Below are positions 13,918-16,163 of a DNA stretch of 16,163 bases, in pieces; positions within the stretch are counted from its first letter, which is position 1, and every line of letters begins with the position of its first letter. The position numbers were made by a program, and so were the translations under genes. Source of the stretch: Candidatus Thorarchaeota archaeon (GTDB taxonomy: Archaea > Asgardarchaeota > Thorarchaeia > Thorarchaeales > Thorarchaeaceae); contig JAEORO010000169.1 of the NCBI GenBank assembly GCA_016840855.1, forward strand, positions 1 through 16,163, written 5' to 3'. The notes beneath the pieces are model-generated. The model had not been told where the DNA came from. It did no database searches and worked only from the letters and a program-made list of their open reading frames with translations.

Positions 13918-16089
13918 TTGAGAAAGCCATCCACGCCAGATGAAGACGAAATCGACGCCACTGACCAAGCTGACAAACCTGTGGACCTCCTACCGAAGTC
14001 CGCACTTCCATATCACCCTCGCGTAGGTGATCCACTTGACTTGCTTGTTGATCTAAGTGTTGGCGTTGTGTTAGGTCGTTCAGACTCATTCCATCGCAAG
14101 TACCATACTGTAGGTTTAGGAACAATAGGCGGTGTCGCAGAAACCTCTGACGACATTCTAACCTCATTATTGGGAATGCCTGTCACATTGGACCTGATGA
14201 GCCCACATGTGATGTTTGTGGCTGGAAAGAGAGGTTCGGGAAAGAGTTACACACTTGGTATAATTGCTGAAGAACTCGCACTTGCAATGGAACGTAGAGA
14301 GATTGAGGTCGCTACAGTTGTTGTTGACACTGTTGACGTCTTCAGACAGATGGTTGACGCGAATGATGAACAGGCTGATATTCTGAAGAAATGGGGTCTT
14401 GATGCTCAGGGCTTTAAAGTTGCAGTCTACATTCCACGAAGGACCTATGTCGGGCTCCCAGATGAGGTCAAGAAGAAATCCCGACTATTTCCATTATCAA
14501 TTGGTCCAAAAGAGCTAACAGTGTCAGACTGGGGCTATGTGCTAGAGAAAGGAGGGTCTTTGAGCACAACCATGGAGAATCTTATTGGAGAAACGCTAGA
14601 CAATGTTAGGAAAGGATACACATCAGCCTCTGGTGAAAAAGTGACACTAAAACGTGATTTCAGCATCAAAGATATGATTCAGTGCATCGAAAACAATCCA
14701 TCAATTGAGGAACTCTACAAACCTGCCACAAAAACAGCTTTGATTCAGAGATTGAAACGAGCTGATAGATTGGGTGTTTTCCATCCTGGAGGAACGAGCG
14801 CTCAGGATCTAGCAGTTGCTGGGCAGATTACCGTCATTGATGTTGCCCCACTTGGTTCAGATGCCGAAGCTGTACTGGCCATTTTGACAAACATGCTTTG
14901 TCGACAAGTCCTTACTTACAGAATGGCGTGGACTGATGAAGGCACTAGTGCCCGAGAAGAGCTTCCACCCACCTGGTTGATCATCGATGAAGCTCATACT
15001 TTAGTTCCTAGAGGTGGCACTACTCCAGCTAAGGATGCAATCATAGGCTATGCAAAACTTGGCCGTAGATTTGGCTGCAGCCTTGTTCTATGCACACAGC
15101 AGCCATCTGCCGTCTCTGATGATGCCATATCTCAAGCTGACATCATTATCTCACACTCACTCTCGCATGACAATGATATTAGAGCGCTCCAACAGAGGGC
15201 TCCAGCAGTCATGTCCGATCAGTTTCGGGACAAAGTGTTCATCAGTAGTCTCCCTCGCGGAGTGGCTCTTGTCTTTGACCAGAGTACTGAGAATAAACGT
15301 GGGTTTATTATGCAGGTGAGACCTCGACTCTCGCAACATGGAGGGACAGACAGACTCTCTGGACTGTTTGAAGCAGTAAGTCTTCTCTCTCCTGAGGATG
15401 TTGAAGAAGAAATCGCGCCTGAAGTAGAGGAACAGGAACTTGAGGATGTCGAAGAAGGCGTTGTTGAAGACCTTCCAGAGGTTCCACGACCACCTTTGAA
15501 GCTCAGCAAGGACGATTGGAAGGTCCTTGATGGGTGGATGAAAGACTACATCAAGATGCTTTTTGATCAAGAGAAGCAAGAATATGACATCACTGATGAG
15601 CCTGCTCCTCGTGTAGAGGAACCTCCTCCAGAACCAAAGCCAACCTCAATAGAATGGCAGCTTGAACGAGTTCCCATCACTGAACTTGATACTGATCAGA
15701 TTCGTATTCGACAATTCGGTCCTCTCCCAGCACACCTCTTTGGGAAAGCTATGACAAGGCAGGTTCTTTACAGCCGGGTTTCTCATGAGTTCCTATTCAC
15801 ATCCGAAAAGGATGTACGAGAAACCATTCTCATAGAACGAGATGGTGTAGATCCACTTGAATTGATAGAAGATGTGACCTCTGGTCTGATATCTGCTGGT
15901 ATGATGCTGGATGAACTGGTTCATGAAACCAGTTTCACCTTTGTATGCTTTAGAAAGGATGATTTGAGAGCGGCTTTCACTGTGGGAGTCAGTGAGGAGA
16001 GAGTGTCTATTCCGATTGTTGTGATTGGTGGCAACAAGAGTGCAGTTGGGAAGCTCGCAGGTCAAATCCGAGGCATTCTGCCCTCTTAG
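13918..16089 (+). CDS. HerA/FtsK-superfamily P-loop ATPase (DUF87-like) with acidic Pro-rich linker and extra C-terminal domain
   Basis: Walker A GKRGSGKS, Walker B LIIDEAH, arginine finger GRRFG and TQQPS motif. TTG 13918 follows a GAGGTG SD; the track start is 13846. Confidence 0.9.
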   Translation: MRKPSTPDEDEIDATDQADKPVDLLPKSALPYHPRVGDPLDLLVDLSVGVVLGRSDSFHRKYHTVGLGTIGGVAETSDDILTSLLGMPVTLDLMSPHVMFVAGKRGSGKSYTLGIIAEELALAMERREIEVATVVVDTVDVFRQMVDANDEQADILKKWGLDAQGFKVAVYIPRRTYVGLPDEVKKKSRLFPLSIGPKELTVSDWGYVLEKGGSLSTTMENLIGETLDNVRKGYTSASGEKVTLKRDFSIKDMIQCIENNPSIEELYKPATKTALIQRLKRADRLGVFHPGGTSAQDLAVAGQITVIDVAPLGSDAEAVLAILTNMLCRQVLTYRMAWTDEGTSAREELPPTWLIIDEAHTLVPRGGTTPAKDAIIGYAKLGRRFGCSLVLCTQQPSAVSDDAISQADIIISHSLSHDNDIRALQQRAPAVMSDQFRDKVFISSLPRGVALVFDQSTENKRGFIMQVRPRLSQHGGTDRLSGLFEAVSLLSPEDVEEEIAPEVEEQELEDVEEGVVEDLPEVPRPPLKLSKDDWKVLDGWMKDYIKMLFDQEKQEYDITDEPAPRVEEPPPEPKPTSIEWQLERVPITELDTDQIRIRQFGPLPAHLFGKAMTRQVLYSRVSHEFLFTSEKDVRETILIERDGVDPLELIEDVTSGLISAGMMLDELVHETSFTFVCFRKDDLRAAFTVGVSEERVSIPIVVIGGNKSAVGKLAGQIRGILPS

Positions 16090-16163
16090 AGGCTAAGTTG
16101 CGCCTAATGCTTGCCCTTATAAGGCTCTAAAAGCAGTCCGGACATCGGTGCATGAAATGACTA

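Noticed and set aside
7832-16065. Short ORFs nested in subunit I, the solenoid gene, trmI and the ATPase
   Set aside because: These are shadow ORFs with composition typical of antisense or off-frame translation.
16090-16163. Possible start of a downstream gene near 16152-16163
   Set aside because: Too little sequence remains in the window to support a call.

Overview
Gene-dense archaeal chromosomal segment. The A/V-type ATPase subunits, TrmI, BRE/TATA-type promoters, GGAGG/GAGGTG Shine-Dalgarno (SD) sites and frequent TTG starts indicate an archaeon; an Asgard (Thorarchaeia-like) origin is my unverified impression. Gene order: 5' part of an SDR sugar-nucleotide epimerase (-), GIY-YIG nuclease (+), FGGY kinase retaining glycerol-kinase substrate residues (+), LarA-family nickel-pincer racemase (-), AtpZ-like two-TM protein (+), unknown 4-TM protein (-), then an A-type ATP synthase cluster split into three transcription units (C-K on +, H-E on -, I on +; A, B, D and F are not in the window). 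These are followed on the minus strand by an ~780-aa all-alpha TPR/SNAP-like protein, a coiled-coil + winged-helix protein, a charged hypothetical protein and trmI, and finally by a HerA/FtsK-like ATPase (+) with a long C-terminal extension. The most notable items are the rearranged ATP synthase cluster with candidate assembly factors, a nested inverted repeat before subunit I, the orphan three-gene cluster with phased 10-bp repeats in its promoter, and a LarA homologue with altered substrate residues. No rRNA, tRNA, CRISPR array or mobile element was seen.
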